The translations under genes were made by a program, and so were the position numbers. 23,009 bases of DNA from a virus. The DNA lies in the UHGV virus genome UHGV-0387053. One strand, written 5' to 3'. Below, in pieces: positions 6,724 through 15,719 of this stretch (positions are counted from its first letter, which is position 1; every line of letters begins with the position of its first letter). Below the pieces are notes generated by a model. It had not been told where the DNA came from. It searched no databases and worked only from the letters and a program-made list of their open reading frames with translations.

Positions 6724-8403
6724 ATGGCGGAAACAACTAAAGAGCGATTGAACAAACAGTTCGCACAACTTGAAAGCGAGCGTCAGTCGTTCGAGCCGCA
6801 CTGGCGCGAGTTGAGTGATTACATCAACCCGCGTGGTTCCCGCTTTCTGACTTCTGAGGTCAACCGTAACGATCGACGCAATACACGCATTATTGATTCG
6901 ACCGGGACTATGGCGGCGCGCACTCTCGCCAGCGGCATGATGTCAGGCATCACAAGCCCCGCGCGTCCGTGGTTTCGCCTGGCTACGCCAGATCCTGAAA
7001 TGATGGATTATGGCCCTGTTAAGTTGTGGCTTGAGGCGGTGCAGAACCGCATGAACGATATGTTCAATAAGTCGAATCTCTATCAGTCTCTGCCGCAGTT
7101 ATACGGAAGCCTCGGCACATACAGCACTGGTGCAATGGCAGTGCTGGAGGATGACGAGGACATCATTCGCACAATGCCATTCCCGATAGGCAGTTACTAC
7201 CTGGCTAACTCACCTCGTGGCAGTGTGGACACCTGTTTTCGCAAGTTCTCTATGACTGTTCGTCAGCTTGTTCAGGAGTTCGGGCTAAATAACGTCAGCG
7301 AATCCGTAAAAAGCATGTGGGAAAGCGGCACCTACGAGAAGTGGATTGAAGTGATGCATTCGGTTTACCCGAACATTGACCGCGATACATCGAAGCTGGA
7401 TAGCAAGAACAAGCCATTCAAATCGGTTTATTACGAGGTTGGTGGCGATAACGACAAGTTGTTGCGTGAGTCCGGATTCGATGAGTTTCCAATTATGGCT
7501 CCGCGCTGGGAAGTTAACGGCGAAGATGTTTATGGATCATCATGCCCGGGTATGCTGGCGCTTGGACCTGTTAAGGCATTGCAGCTTCTCCAGAAGCGCA
7601 AGTCGCAGTTGATTGATAAAGCCACCAATCCGCCGATGGTTGCTCCGACTTCCCTCAAGAATCAGCGCGCCTCCCTTCTTCCTGGCGACATCACGTATAT
7701 CGATCAGATTACTGGTCAGGATGGTTTCAGGCCTGCTTATCTGGTTAACCCCAGTACAGCAGATCTGGTAGCAGACATTCAGGACACTCGCCAAATTATT
7801 AACAGCGCCTACTTTGTCGATCTGTTCATGATGTTGCAGAACATCAATACCCGCTCGATGCCTGTTGAAGCGGTGATCGAAATGAAAGAAGAAAAACTTC
7901 TGATGTTGGGGCCGGTTCTGGAGCGTCTGAACGACGAATGTCTTAATCCTCTCATTGACCGCGCTTTCTCGATGATGGTGCGTAAAAACATGCTGCCGCC
8001 ACCGCCTGACGCGATGGAAGGTATGCCCCTGAAGGTCGAATACATTTCCGTCATGGCTCAGGCGCAGAAGTCTATCGGCCTGTCCAGTCTGGCGTCTACG
8101 GTCAACTTCATTGGTCAACTTGCGCAAGCGAAACCAGAAGCTCTCGACAAACTCAACGTTGATCAGGCGATCGATGCATTCGCTGATATGTCCGGAGTGT
8201 CTCCAACCGTCATTGTTCCGCAGGAACAGGTTGAGCAGGCTCGCCAGCAACGGGCACAGCAACAACAGCAGCAACAAATGATGGCGATGGGGATGGCGGC
8301 GGCACAGGGGGCCAAGACGCTAAGCGAAGCTAAAACTTCGGATCCGAGTGTGTTGTCAGCTATGGCGAATGCAGTTAGTGGTCAGGGTGGGCAATCACAA
8401 TGA
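6724..8403 (+). CDS. Portal (head-tail connector) protein, T7 gp8-like
   Basis: 559 aa. C-terminal QQRAQQQQQQQMMAMGMAAAQGAK matches my memory of the T7 gp8 C-terminus (QQKMAQQSMQMGMDNGAAALAQGMAAQ); size and position are consistent. Confidence 0.85.
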   Translation: MAETTKERLNKQFAQLESERQSFEPHWRELSDYINPRGSRFLTSEVNRNDRRNTRIIDSTGTMAARTLASGMMSGITSPARPWFRLATPDPEMMDYGPVKLWLEAVQNRMNDMFNKSNLYQSLPQLYGSLGTYSTGAMAVLEDDEDIIRTMPFPIGSYYLANSPRGSVDTCFRKFSMTVRQLVQEFGLNNVSESVKSMWESGTYEKWIEVMHSVYPNIDRDTSKLDSKNKPFKSVYYEVGGDNDKLLRESGFDEFPIMAPRWEVNGEDVYGSSCPGMLALGPVKALQLLQKRKSQLIDKATNPPMVAPTSLKNQRASLLPGDITYIDQITGQDGFRPAYLVNPSTADLVADIQDTRQIINSAYFVDLFMMLQNINTRSMPVEAVIEMKEEKLLMLGPVLERLNDECLNPLIDRAFSMMVRKNMLPPPPDAMEGMPLKVEYISVMAQAQKSIGLSSLASTVNFIGQLAQAKPEALDKLNVDQAIDAFADMSGVSPTVIVPQEQVEQARQQRAQQQQQQQMMAMGMAAAQGAKTLSEAKTSDPSVLSAMANAVSGQGGQSQ

Positions 8404-8696
8404 CAGATTACGAAGACGATCAACTGAAAGAAGAAAACGCCCGTAAGCAACGTGACATGGCGCAGCGTGAAATTGATGACATTCGCTTTGTCATGAGCAG
8501 TGAACAGGGGCGTCGCGTTGTCTGGTCGGTGCTGGAGAAAGGCCGTGTGTTTTCCGCCATCTCACCGATGGACGCTATGGCAATGGCATTTAATGAGGGG
8601 CAACGCAATCTGGCGCTGGAACTGTTTCAGCGCGTTATGGCGCATTGCCCTGAACAGTATTTGAAGATGGCCAAGGAGGCCAGTGAACAGGAGTGA
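8400..8696 (+). CDS. Hypothetical small protein between portal and scaffold
   Basis: ATG overlaps the portal stop (ATGA); 98 aa, acidic; no recognised motif. Confidence 0.55.
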   Translation: MTDYEDDQLKEENARKQRDMAQREIDDIRFVMSSEQGRRVVWSVLEKGRVFSAISPMDAMAMAFNEGQRNLALELFQRVMAHCPEQYLKMAKEASEQE

Positions 8697-8698
8697 TC

Positions 8699-9394
8699 AT
8701 GAATTTATTTGAGCGTTTGCTGTATCGCCGTCTTTGCAATGAGCAACCAGTCGATGGTGGAGCAGCTCCGGCTGCGTCAGAACCGTCAGCGCCTGCAGGT
8801 GATAACCCTGCTCCAGTTGGTGATCCATCACAACAGGAAGGTGATAAGCCACAACCTGTTGCTGATGGCGATAAACCTGCTGATGACAAAAAGCCTGAAA
8901 ACGATAAGCAGGATGAAAAAAAGGACGGCGATAAACCAGAGGGTGCGCCTGAGAAGTACGAGTTTCAGGCTGCCGAAGGCGTAGAGCTGGATACAGAAGC
9001 GTTGAATGAATTCGAGCCGGTGGCGCGAGAACTTAACCTGACCAACGAGCAAGCGCAAAAGCTGGTTGATGCTTATCCGAAGATTCTGGCAGGTGTTCAG
9101 CAGCGCCAGGCAGAAGCCTGGCAGAAAACAACCGAGCAGTGGGCTGCGGATGTAAAAGCTGACAAAGAAATCGGTGGCGACAAGTTGATTTCTAACCTTA
9201 GCGCCGCACAGCGTGCGCTTGACCAGTTCGGGACACCTGAACTCAAAGAATATCTGAACACCACCGGGCTGGGTAATCACCCTGATCTGGTCAAAACGTT
9301 CGTGAAAATCGGAAAGGCGATGTCTGAAGATGGCATGGTCACCGGTGGTAATGAAGGCCAGCGTAGTGCGGCCGAAGTGCTCTATGGCAAATAA
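8699..9394 (+). CDS. Putative scaffolding protein
   Basis: AGGAG upstream of ATG 8699. Acidic, Pro/Asp/Lys-rich low-complexity N-terminal half (DGDKPADDKKPENDKQDEKKDGDKPEG), helical C-terminal half; located between portal and capsid. Confidence 0.6.
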   Translation: MNLFERLLYRRLCNEQPVDGGAAPAASEPSAPAGDNPAPVGDPSQQEGDKPQPVADGDKPADDKKPENDKQDEKKDGDKPEGAPEKYEFQAAEGVELDTEALNEFEPVARELNLTNEQAQKLVDAYPKILAGVQQRQAEAWQKTTEQWAADVKADKEIGGDKLISNLSAAQRALDQFGTPELKEYLNTTGLGNHPDLVKTFVKIGKAMSEDGMVTGGNEGQRSAAEVLYGK

Positions 9395-9408
9395 GAGAGG
9401 AAATGACA

Positions 9409-10395
9409 ATGGCTGTTAAAGGCTTAACTGCGCTAACGATGGCTGACTGGGGTAAGCGCGTCGATCCAAACGGGAAAGTCGATAAGATTATCGAGCTTCT
9501 CGGTCAAACTAACCCGATCCTTCAGGATATGCCTTTTGTCGAAGGGAACCTTCCTACCGGACACCGAACCACCATTCGTTCTGGTTTACCTTCAGCTACC
9601 TGGCGTTTGCTGAACTATGGCGTACAGCCAAGCAAATCAACCACAGTGCAGGTAACCGATTACGTTGGCATGCTGGAAACCTATGCTGAAGTCGATAAGT
9701 CACTGGCTGATCTGAACGGCAATACCGCTGAATTCCGCCTGTCTGAAGACCGCGCATTTATTGAAGCGATGAATCAGCAGATGGCGCAGACGCTGTTTTA
9801 TGGTGATTCCAGCGTTAACCCTCAGCAGTTTATGGGACTGTCCTCCCGCTATTCCAGCCTGTCTGCGGGTAATGCTCAGAACATCATTGATGCTGGTGGC
9901 ACGGGTACAGATAACACCTCAATCTGGTTAGTGGTGTGGGGCGAAAACACCGTGCATGGCATCTTCCCGAAAGGGCAGAAGGCTGGCATCCAGATGGAAG
10001 ATAAAGGCCAGGTGACACTGGAAGATGCTAATGGCGGCAAGTACGAAGGCTATCGCACCCATTACAAATGGGACAACGGACTTGCTCTGCGTGACTGGCG
10101 TTATGTTGTTCGCATTGCAAACATCGATGTCAGCAATTTTTCAGAACCTTCCTCTGCCGCAAATATTGCGAAGTTGATGGTTAAAGCACTGCATCGCATT
10201 CCAAACCGTGGAATGGGCCGCCCGGTGTTCTACATGAACCGCACTGTAGGCCAGGCTCTTGATCTGCAATCTCTGGAGAAAACATCTCTGGCTATCAGCG
10301 TAAAAGAGACTGAAGGCGAGTGGTGGACTTCATTCCGTGGTGTACCAATCCGTGAAACTGATGCGCTTCTGGAAACAGAAGCCCGCGTGGTGTAA
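9409..10395 (+). CDS. Major capsid protein (by position and size)
   Basis: 329 aa; GAGAGG upstream of ATG 9409 (ATG 9403 is also possible). Follows the scaffold gene; family not recognised with certainty. Confidence 0.7.
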   Translation: MAVKGLTALTMADWGKRVDPNGKVDKIIELLGQTNPILQDMPFVEGNLPTGHRTTIRSGLPSATWRLLNYGVQPSKSTTVQVTDYVGMLETYAEVDKSLADLNGNTAEFRLSEDRAFIEAMNQQMAQTLFYGDSSVNPQQFMGLSSRYSSLSAGNAQNIIDAGGTGTDNTSIWLVVWGENTVHGIFPKGQKAGIQMEDKGQVTLEDANGGKYEGYRTHYKWDNGLALRDWRYVVRIANIDVSNFSEPSSAANIAKLMVKALHRIPNRGMGRPVFYMNRTVGQALDLQSLEKTSLAISVKETEGEWWTSFRGVPIRETDALLETEARVV

Positions 10396-10414
10396 CGCCT
10401 GTTATTAACCTGTG

Positions 10415-10434
10415 GGTCGTAACAGACCCACTAA
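10415..10434 (+). other. Hairpin immediately after the capsid gene (GTGGGTC-gtaaca-GACCCAC), no U-tract
   Basis: 7-bp perfect inverted repeat seen in sequence, 20 nt after the capsid stop. Possible RNA processing or stability element; not a classical terminator. Confidence 0.35.
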
Positions 10435-10446
10435 TGGAGAAAGAAG

Positions 10447-10884
10447 ATGATCACCGACAAACTGTTGATGTTCTCCGAAGCTCAGGCGGTTACGAATACC
10501 GCGGCTTCTACTGACGTAATCGATCTCGGTCCAATTGACGGAAAACGTCGTGATATCGGCGTGGGTTACCCGCTTGAGTTTTGGGCGCTGGTTAACGAAG
10601 CCGCCACGGCAAGTGGTGAGGCAACTGTAAACATCCAGTTGCAGACGAGTGAGAATAACAGCTCATGGACCACTATTTATGATAGTGGTGCACTGGCAAA
10701 GACCGCCCTGACAGCAGGTAAACGAGTTGTTTCTGCAAAGGTGCCTGCCGGTGTTCAGCGATATCTGCGTGTTAACTACTCCGTCGCAACTGGCCCACTA
10801 ACGGCTGGCGAATTCACTGCTGGTATCAGTCTTGATGTTGATGCCAATACGCCGTATCCGATCCGCTCAAAAGTAACTGGTTAA
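10447..10884 (+). CDS. Hypothetical virion protein, possible capsid decoration protein
   Basis: 145-aa ORF directly downstream of the capsid gene with GGAGA upstream; beta-rich, Thr/Ser/Ala-rich composition. Function inferred from position only. Confidence 0.55.
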   Translation: MITDKLLMFSEAQAVTNTAASTDVIDLGPIDGKRRDIGVGYPLEFWALVNEAATASGEATVNIQLQTSENNSSWTTIYDSGALAKTALTAGKRVVSAKVPAGVQRYLRVNYSVATGPLTAGEFTAGISLDVDANTPYPIRSKVTG

Positions 10885-10894
10885 GGTGATATCG

Positions 10895-11230
10895 ATGTCA
10901 GGTGAGAAACCAAGATACCGCGTTCTGCGCCTCTCTCATATCCATAACACTCTGTGGCCGGAGGGGGCAGAAATCGAATACGAAGGTGAGCCTGGTAGCG
11001 CACTGGAACCTGTTAACGATGCAGCCAGACAGGCAAAAGCAAAGGTAGCAGGAAAGGTGTTAATGGCAGCAACCAGTACCAAAATCATCAACGATGTGTC
11101 AGATGATGGTGAGCTGGATAAGCTCCGTGAAGAGTACGAATTGCTCTTTAACGAGAAGCCACACCATAACGCCAAAGCCGAAACGCTCCGCGAGAAGATC
11201 GCAGATAAGCGTAAAGAACTGGGCGTGTAA
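10895..11230 (+). CDS. Hypothetical protein
   Basis: ATG 10895 after AAGGTGA; 111 aa; followed by a strong intrinsic terminator. Confidence 0.55.
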   Translation: MSGEKPRYRVLRLSHIHNTLWPEGAEIEYEGEPGSALEPVNDAARQAKAKVAGKVLMAATSTKIINDVSDDGELDKLREEYELLFNEKPHHNAKAETLREKIADKRKELGV

Positions 11231-11246
11231 GCCTCGCGGATCAGAC

Positions 11247-11268
11247 AAGGGGCTTCGGCCCCTTTATT
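11247..11268 (+). terminator. Intrinsic terminator inside the virion module (UUCG tetraloop hairpin plus T-tract)
   Basis: AAGGGGC-ttcg-GCCCCTT followed by TATT. Placement after the capsid-proximal genes parallels T7 T-phi. Confidence 0.75.
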
Positions 11269-11280
11269 GCAGGAGTGTAT

Positions 11281-11604
11281 ATGGAACTCGTAAACCTCAA
11301 AACCGGCACTGACAGCTACCAGGATGAGAGCGGAGAAACCAGAACTCGCGATGAATACCCGTGGGGGCTGTGCATCACTCTTAATAACGACACATTGAAT
11401 AAGCTGAAGGCACAACCTCAGGGCGTCGGAACGGAAGTGATGATAACTGCAAAGGCTGTTATTCGAGGCCTGTCTGCCAGAGAAACTAACGATGGCGTTA
11501 ATCGCAGCGCCGATCTGCAGATCACTGATATGGCGATCGCTCCTGTTTCCGGGGATGTAGAAAAATCAGCGGCTGAAACTCTGTACGGTAACGGAGGTGA
11601 GTGA
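11281..11604 (+). CDS. Hypothetical virion-module protein
   Basis: AGGAG 5 nt upstream of ATG 11281; 107 aa; stop overlaps the next start. Confidence 0.55.
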   Translation: MELVNLKTGTDSYQDESGETRTRDEYPWGLCITLNNDTLNKLKAQPQGVGTEVMITAKAVIRGLSARETNDGVNRSADLQITDMAIAPVSGDVEKSAAETLYGNGGE

Positions 11605-12209
11605 TGGCCTCTGTAGTAGAGATCTGTAATCGTGCGCTGTCCAATATTGGCAACAGCCGCAGCATTAACAGCCTGACGGAAGCCAGCAAGGAAGCGGGGG
11701 AATGTTCGCTGCACTTTGAGGCCTGTCGTGATGCTGTGCTTTCTGATTTTGACTGGAACTTTGCTACCAAACGCGTGTCGCTTGCAGATACGAGCAATCC
11801 ACCGCCTGACTGGGAATATGCGTATCAGTACCCGTCCGATTGTCTGCGCATTACTGAAATTATGCTCCCTGGTGTACGTAATCCAACAGCAGCAACGCGT
11901 GTTCAGTACGAAGTAGGAGCAGACACCAACGGAACAGGAAAATTGATCTACACAGACCAGCCGCAGGCATGGCTCAAGTATGTCTCTCGCGTTTCAGATG
12001 TAAACATGTTTGATGCCATTTTTATGGAGGCGCTGGCCTGGCGTCTTGCGGCAGCCATTAACATGGCGCTGACTGGGAATGCGGATCTCGGTACATTTGC
12101 TCTCAATATGTACAATCGTGTGATTCTTAGTGCTGGCTCGCATAGCCAGAATGAATCACAGGAACCACAGCCTCCGGTTGACGAGTTTACCATTGCGAGG
12201 TTGTCCTGA
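11604..12209 (+). CDS. Tail tubular protein A-like (T7 gp11-like adaptor)
   Basis: 201 aa (T7 gp11 is about 196 aa). N-terminal NRALSNIGNSRSINSL ... DWNF resembles, from memory, T7 gp11 NDILASIGEPPVSTL ... GWTF; GGAGG upstream. Confidence 0.7.
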   Translation: MASVVEICNRALSNIGNSRSINSLTEASKEAGECSLHFEACRDAVLSDFDWNFATKRVSLADTSNPPPDWEYAYQYPSDCLRITEIMLPGVRNPTAATRVQYEVGADTNGTGKLIYTDQPQAWLKYVSRVSDVNMFDAIFMEALAWRLAAAINMALTGNADLGTFALNMYNRVILSAGSHSQNESQEPQPPVDEFTIARLS

Positions 12210-14680
12210 TGGCTATCAGTTGGATCCAGCCAAGCTTTGCCGGTGGTGAGATTGGACCGTCGTTGTACGGTCGTATCGACATGGCGAAGTACCAGGTGGC
12301 ATTGCGCAAGTGCGATAACTTTATCGTGCGGCAGTATGGCGGCGTTGAGAATCGACCTGGTACGCGTTTTGTCGGTGCCGCCAAATACCCAAATCGGAAA
12401 TGCCGCCTGATCCCGTTCCAGTTCTCGACGGTTCAGACCTATGCTCTGGAGTTCGGACACCAGTACATGCGCGTTATCAAAGATGGTGCGTTGGTGCTGA
12501 ACAGCAGCAATGTTATTTATGAAATTGCCACGCCATATACTGAAGCCGATCTGTTCCGAATTAAATTCACGCAAAGCGCAGACGTGCTTACGCTGGTTCA
12601 TCCGGCATACCCGCCGAAAGAGTTGCGTCGCTATGCGCATGACAACTGGCAACTGGTTGATGTGGTAACGAAGAACGGGCCATTTGAAGATATCAATATT
12701 GACGAGTCAGTGACGGTTTATGCCAGCGCCAGCACCGGGACAATTACGTTAACGGCAAGCGCCTCTATTTTTGGCGCGGAGCAGGTAGGCAAATTGTTCT
12801 ATCTGGAACAGCCTGCAGTGGATTCTGTGCCGGTATGGGAAACCAGTAAGAGTACGTCGATTGGCGATATTCGCCGTGCAGACAGTAACTACTATCGCGC
12901 CGTTACAGCAGGCAAAACAGGTACTTTGCGCCCTTCGCATACAGAAGGCACATCATGGGATGGCTGGGGCGGATCCGGTGATGATGATACTGGCATTGAG
13001 TGGGAATATCTGCACAGTGGTTTTGGCATTGCCCGTATCACTGCTGCAAATGGCACTACTGCAACTGCTGAGGTGATTTCCTATATCCCTTCGCAGGTCG
13101 TTGGCGAGGATAATGCCAGCTATAAATGGGCTAAATATGCCTGGAACAGTGTTAATGGTTATCCTGGCACTGTTGTTTATTATCAACAACGTCTTTACTT
13201 CGCCGCATCGACAGCGTTCCCTCAGACTATCTGGGCCAGCCGTACTGGGGATTATAAGGATTTTGGCAAAAGCAATCCTACGCAGGATGACGACAGAATT
13301 ATCTACACCTATGCCGGGCGTCAGGTTAATGAGATCCGCCACCTGATTGATGTCGGTTCGCTGGTGGCACTGACTTCCGGAGGTGAGTACGTCATCACCG
13401 GTGACCAGAACAAAGTGTTAACCCCATCATCATTTGCATTCAGCTCTCAGGGATCAAATGGCTCAAGCAACGTCCCACCAATTGCTGTGGCGAATATTGC
13501 TCTGTTCGTCCAGGAGAAAGGCAGTGTTGTCCGTGATCTGGCCTACTCATTCGATGTTGATGGCTATCAGGGGAACGACCTGACCATCCTTGCCAATCAT
13601 CTTTTTCAGAAGCACAGCATTGTTGACTGGTGCTTCTCTATTGTCCCTTACTCCAGCGCCTTCTGCATTCGTGATGACGGTAAATTACTGGTGATGACCT
13701 ATTTGCGTGATCAGCAGGTTTTTGCATGGGCACCACAATCCAGTACCGGAAAATATGAAAGTACATGCAGTATCAGCGAAGGCAATGAAGATGCGGTGTA
13801 TTTCGTCGTTAACCGAACCGTTAACGGGCAAAGAGTGAGATACATCGAGCGACTGTCCAGCCGTTTATTTACCAGCGATGAAGATGCTTTCTTTGTTGAT
13901 TCTGGCCTTAGCTATGATGGAAGAAATACGTCTGACAGAACGATGACCATCACTGGTGGTTCTGGCGAATGGGATTACCGCGCGGAATATACAATCAGTG
14001 TTTCTGGTGGTGCGTACTTCACCAGTAGTGATGTTGGTGCGCAACTACAGTTCCCTTATACCGGAGCTGGTCCTGATACTGGCTATGAAGTGTCAAAAGA
14101 ATTACGTTGCGACATTATTTCTGTAACCAGCAATACCGCAGTAGTGGTTCGTGCTAACAGGAACGTCCCGCCATCCCTCAGGAATGTGGCCACCACGAAC
14201 TGGCAGATGGCGCGCCGGACATTTGGCGGCTTGTCTCATCTTGAAGGCCAGACCGTAAACATCCTCTCTGATGCGAACGTGGAACCACAAAAAGTGGTTT
14301 CCGGAGGTGCCGTCACGCTGGAATCACCGGGGGCTGTTGTGCACATCGGCCTGCCAATAACTGCTGAATTCGAAACACTGGATATCAACATTAACGGACA
14401 GGAAACGCTGCTGGACAAAAAACAGGTGATCCCGTCCGTTACTCTGGTTGTGAATGCCAGTCGCGGCATCTGGGCGACTACGCCCGGCGGTAAATGGTAC
14501 GAATATCCACAGCGTGAATTCGAGTTCTACGATGATCCTGTTGATGATGCTACCGGAAAAGTAGAAGTGAAACTGGACAGTAACTGGGGCAAAAACGGGC
14601 GTGTAAAAATCCGTCAGCTTGACCCGTTGCCGCTGTCTGTTCTTGCCGTTATTCCTCGCCTTACTGTTGGGGGATTCTGA
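12209..14680 (+). CDS. Tail tubular protein B-like (T7 gp12-like nozzle)
   Basis: 823 aa (T7 gp12 is about 794 aa); start overlaps the upstream stop (TGATG); position immediately after the gp11-like gene. Confidence 0.7.
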   Translation: MAISWIQPSFAGGEIGPSLYGRIDMAKYQVALRKCDNFIVRQYGGVENRPGTRFVGAAKYPNRKCRLIPFQFSTVQTYALEFGHQYMRVIKDGALVLNSSNVIYEIATPYTEADLFRIKFTQSADVLTLVHPAYPPKELRRYAHDNWQLVDVVTKNGPFEDINIDESVTVYASASTGTITLTASASIFGAEQVGKLFYLEQPAVDSVPVWETSKSTSIGDIRRADSNYYRAVTAGKTGTLRPSHTEGTSWDGWGGSGDDDTGIEWEYLHSGFGIARITAANGTTATAEVISYIPSQVVGEDNASYKWAKYAWNSVNGYPGTVVYYQQRLYFAASTAFPQTIWASRTGDYKDFGKSNPTQDDDRIIYTYAGRQVNEIRHLIDVGSLVALTSGGEYVITGDQNKVLTPSSFAFSSQGSNGSSNVPPIAVANIALFVQEKGSVVRDLAYSFDVDGYQGNDLTILANHLFQKHSIVDWCFSIVPYSSAFCIRDDGKLLVMTYLRDQQVFAWAPQSSTGKYESTCSISEGNEDAVYFVVNRTVNGQRVRYIERLSSRLFTSDEDAFFVDSGLSYDGRNTSDRTMTITGGSGEWDYRAEYTISVSGGAYFTSSDVGAQLQFPYTGAGPDTGYEVSKELRCDIISVTSNTAVVVRANRNVPPSLRNVATTNWQMARRTFGGLSHLEGQTVNILSDANVEPQKVVSGGAVTLESPGAVVHIGLPITAEFETLDININGQETLLDKKQVIPSVTLVVNASRGIWATTPGGKWYEYPQREFEFYDDPVDDATGKVEVKLDSNWGKNGRVKIRQLDPLPLSVLAVIPRLTVGGF

Positions 14681-15144
14681 TGATCGATGTTCAAATTATT
14701 CCCGCTACCGAAGAGCATCTTCAGATGATTTTGCCGGATGTTCGTCAGGCTGATATTGACGAACTGTATGCGGTATCGCTGATGACTACCGAAGATGCGC
14801 TGCGCGTTGGTCTTCGCACTGCGACTATGGCCTGGTCAGGGTTCGCGAACGGAGAACTGGTAACCATGTTTGGTGTATCTCCGGCGTCAATGATCGGTGG
14901 CAATGGTACGCCCTGGCTGGTAGGAACCAGCCGTATTGAAAAATATCAGAAGACATTTCTGCGCCACTGCCGCCCTGTATTGCAGCAGATGCTGGCAGTT
15001 TATCCGCGCCTGGAAAACTACGTCGACGAGCGAAACCATGTTGCCAAAGCATGGCTGCACTGGCTTGGATTCAGGCTTGAAGAAGCCGCGCCTTATGGTG
15101 CTCTTGGTCTTAATTTCCACAGATTTCACATGGAGAGAAAATAA
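14680..15144 (+). CDS. Internal virion protein, gp13-position
   Basis: 154 aa, translationally coupled (TGATG); assignment by synteny only. Confidence 0.55.
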   Translation: MIDVQIIPATEEHLQMILPDVRQADIDELYAVSLMTTEDALRVGLRTATMAWSGFANGELVTMFGVSPASMIGGNGTPWLVGTSRIEKYQKTFLRHCRPVLQQMLAVYPRLENYVDERNHVAKAWLHWLGFRLEEAAPYGALGLNFHRFHMERK

Positions 15145-15719
15145 TGTGCGATCCGGTTATTGCTGGTGGCGCAATGCTCGCCATGAGTGGCATTCAGGCA
15201 TACACCCAGTACCAACAGGGAAAGTATGCCTCGAAGGTTGCAGAAGCGAACGCAGATATAGCCACAGCTCAGGCAAATGATGCAATAAACAGAGGTAACG
15301 CTGAAGCTGAGCAACGACGCAGAGAGACCCGACAGCGGCTTGGTACACAGGCGGCGACAATGGGGGCTACCGGCGCTGATTTATCTACAGGTAACGCGCT
15401 GGATATATTTGGCGACACTGCCCAGTTTGGCGCTCTTGATTCGCTGACGACGGTGAATAACGCGCAACGCGAGGCTTACGGTTATCAGGTTCAGGCTGCC
15501 AACTATAAAGCAGAAGCCAGTTCAGCCCGTAAACAGGGGAATGTGGGAGCAGCAACAACATTGCTCACTGCGCCTCTGAAGGCATACGGTGCGTACCAGA
15601 TGTTTGGTGGGACGTGGAGTCCGTTCTCTAAAGGAAGTACATCTAGTGGTGGGACGCCAATGTTATCTAACTCAGGTTTTATGAATTCTGACTCCCGATT
15701 CAAAATAGGAGGTTACTGA
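15144..15719 (+). CDS. Internal virion/ejection protein, T7 gp14-like
   Basis: 191 aa (T7 gp14 is about 196 aa); begins MC followed by a hydrophobic stretch; Ala/Gln-rich like gp14; coupled start TAATG. Confidence 0.65.
   Translation: MCDPVIAGGAMLAMSGIQAYTQYQQGKYASKVAEANADIATAQANDAINRGNAEAEQRRRETRQRLGTQAATMGATGADLSTGNALDIFGDTAQFGALDSLTTVNNAQREAYGYQVQAANYKAEASSARKQGNVGAATTLLTAPLKAYGAYQMFGGTWSPFSKGSTSSGGTPMLSNSGFMNSDSRFKIGGY

Noticed and set aside
7540-8277. 245-aa minus-strand ORF inside the portal gene
   Set aside because: Antisense to a well-supported portal coding frame; the Gln-rich portal tail produces a Leu-rich antisense artefact.
10400-10446. T3/T7-type phage RNA polymerase promoter (ACCCACTAATGGAGA resembles T3 ACCCTCACTAAAGGGAGA)
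   Set aside because: The match is short and gapped, no RNA polymerase gene is in view, and the coupled gene starts with host-type RBSs argue for host transcription.
11948-12652. 234-aa minus-strand ORF spanning the gp11-like/gp12-like junction
   Set aside because: Antisense to two translationally coupled structural genes; no independent support.
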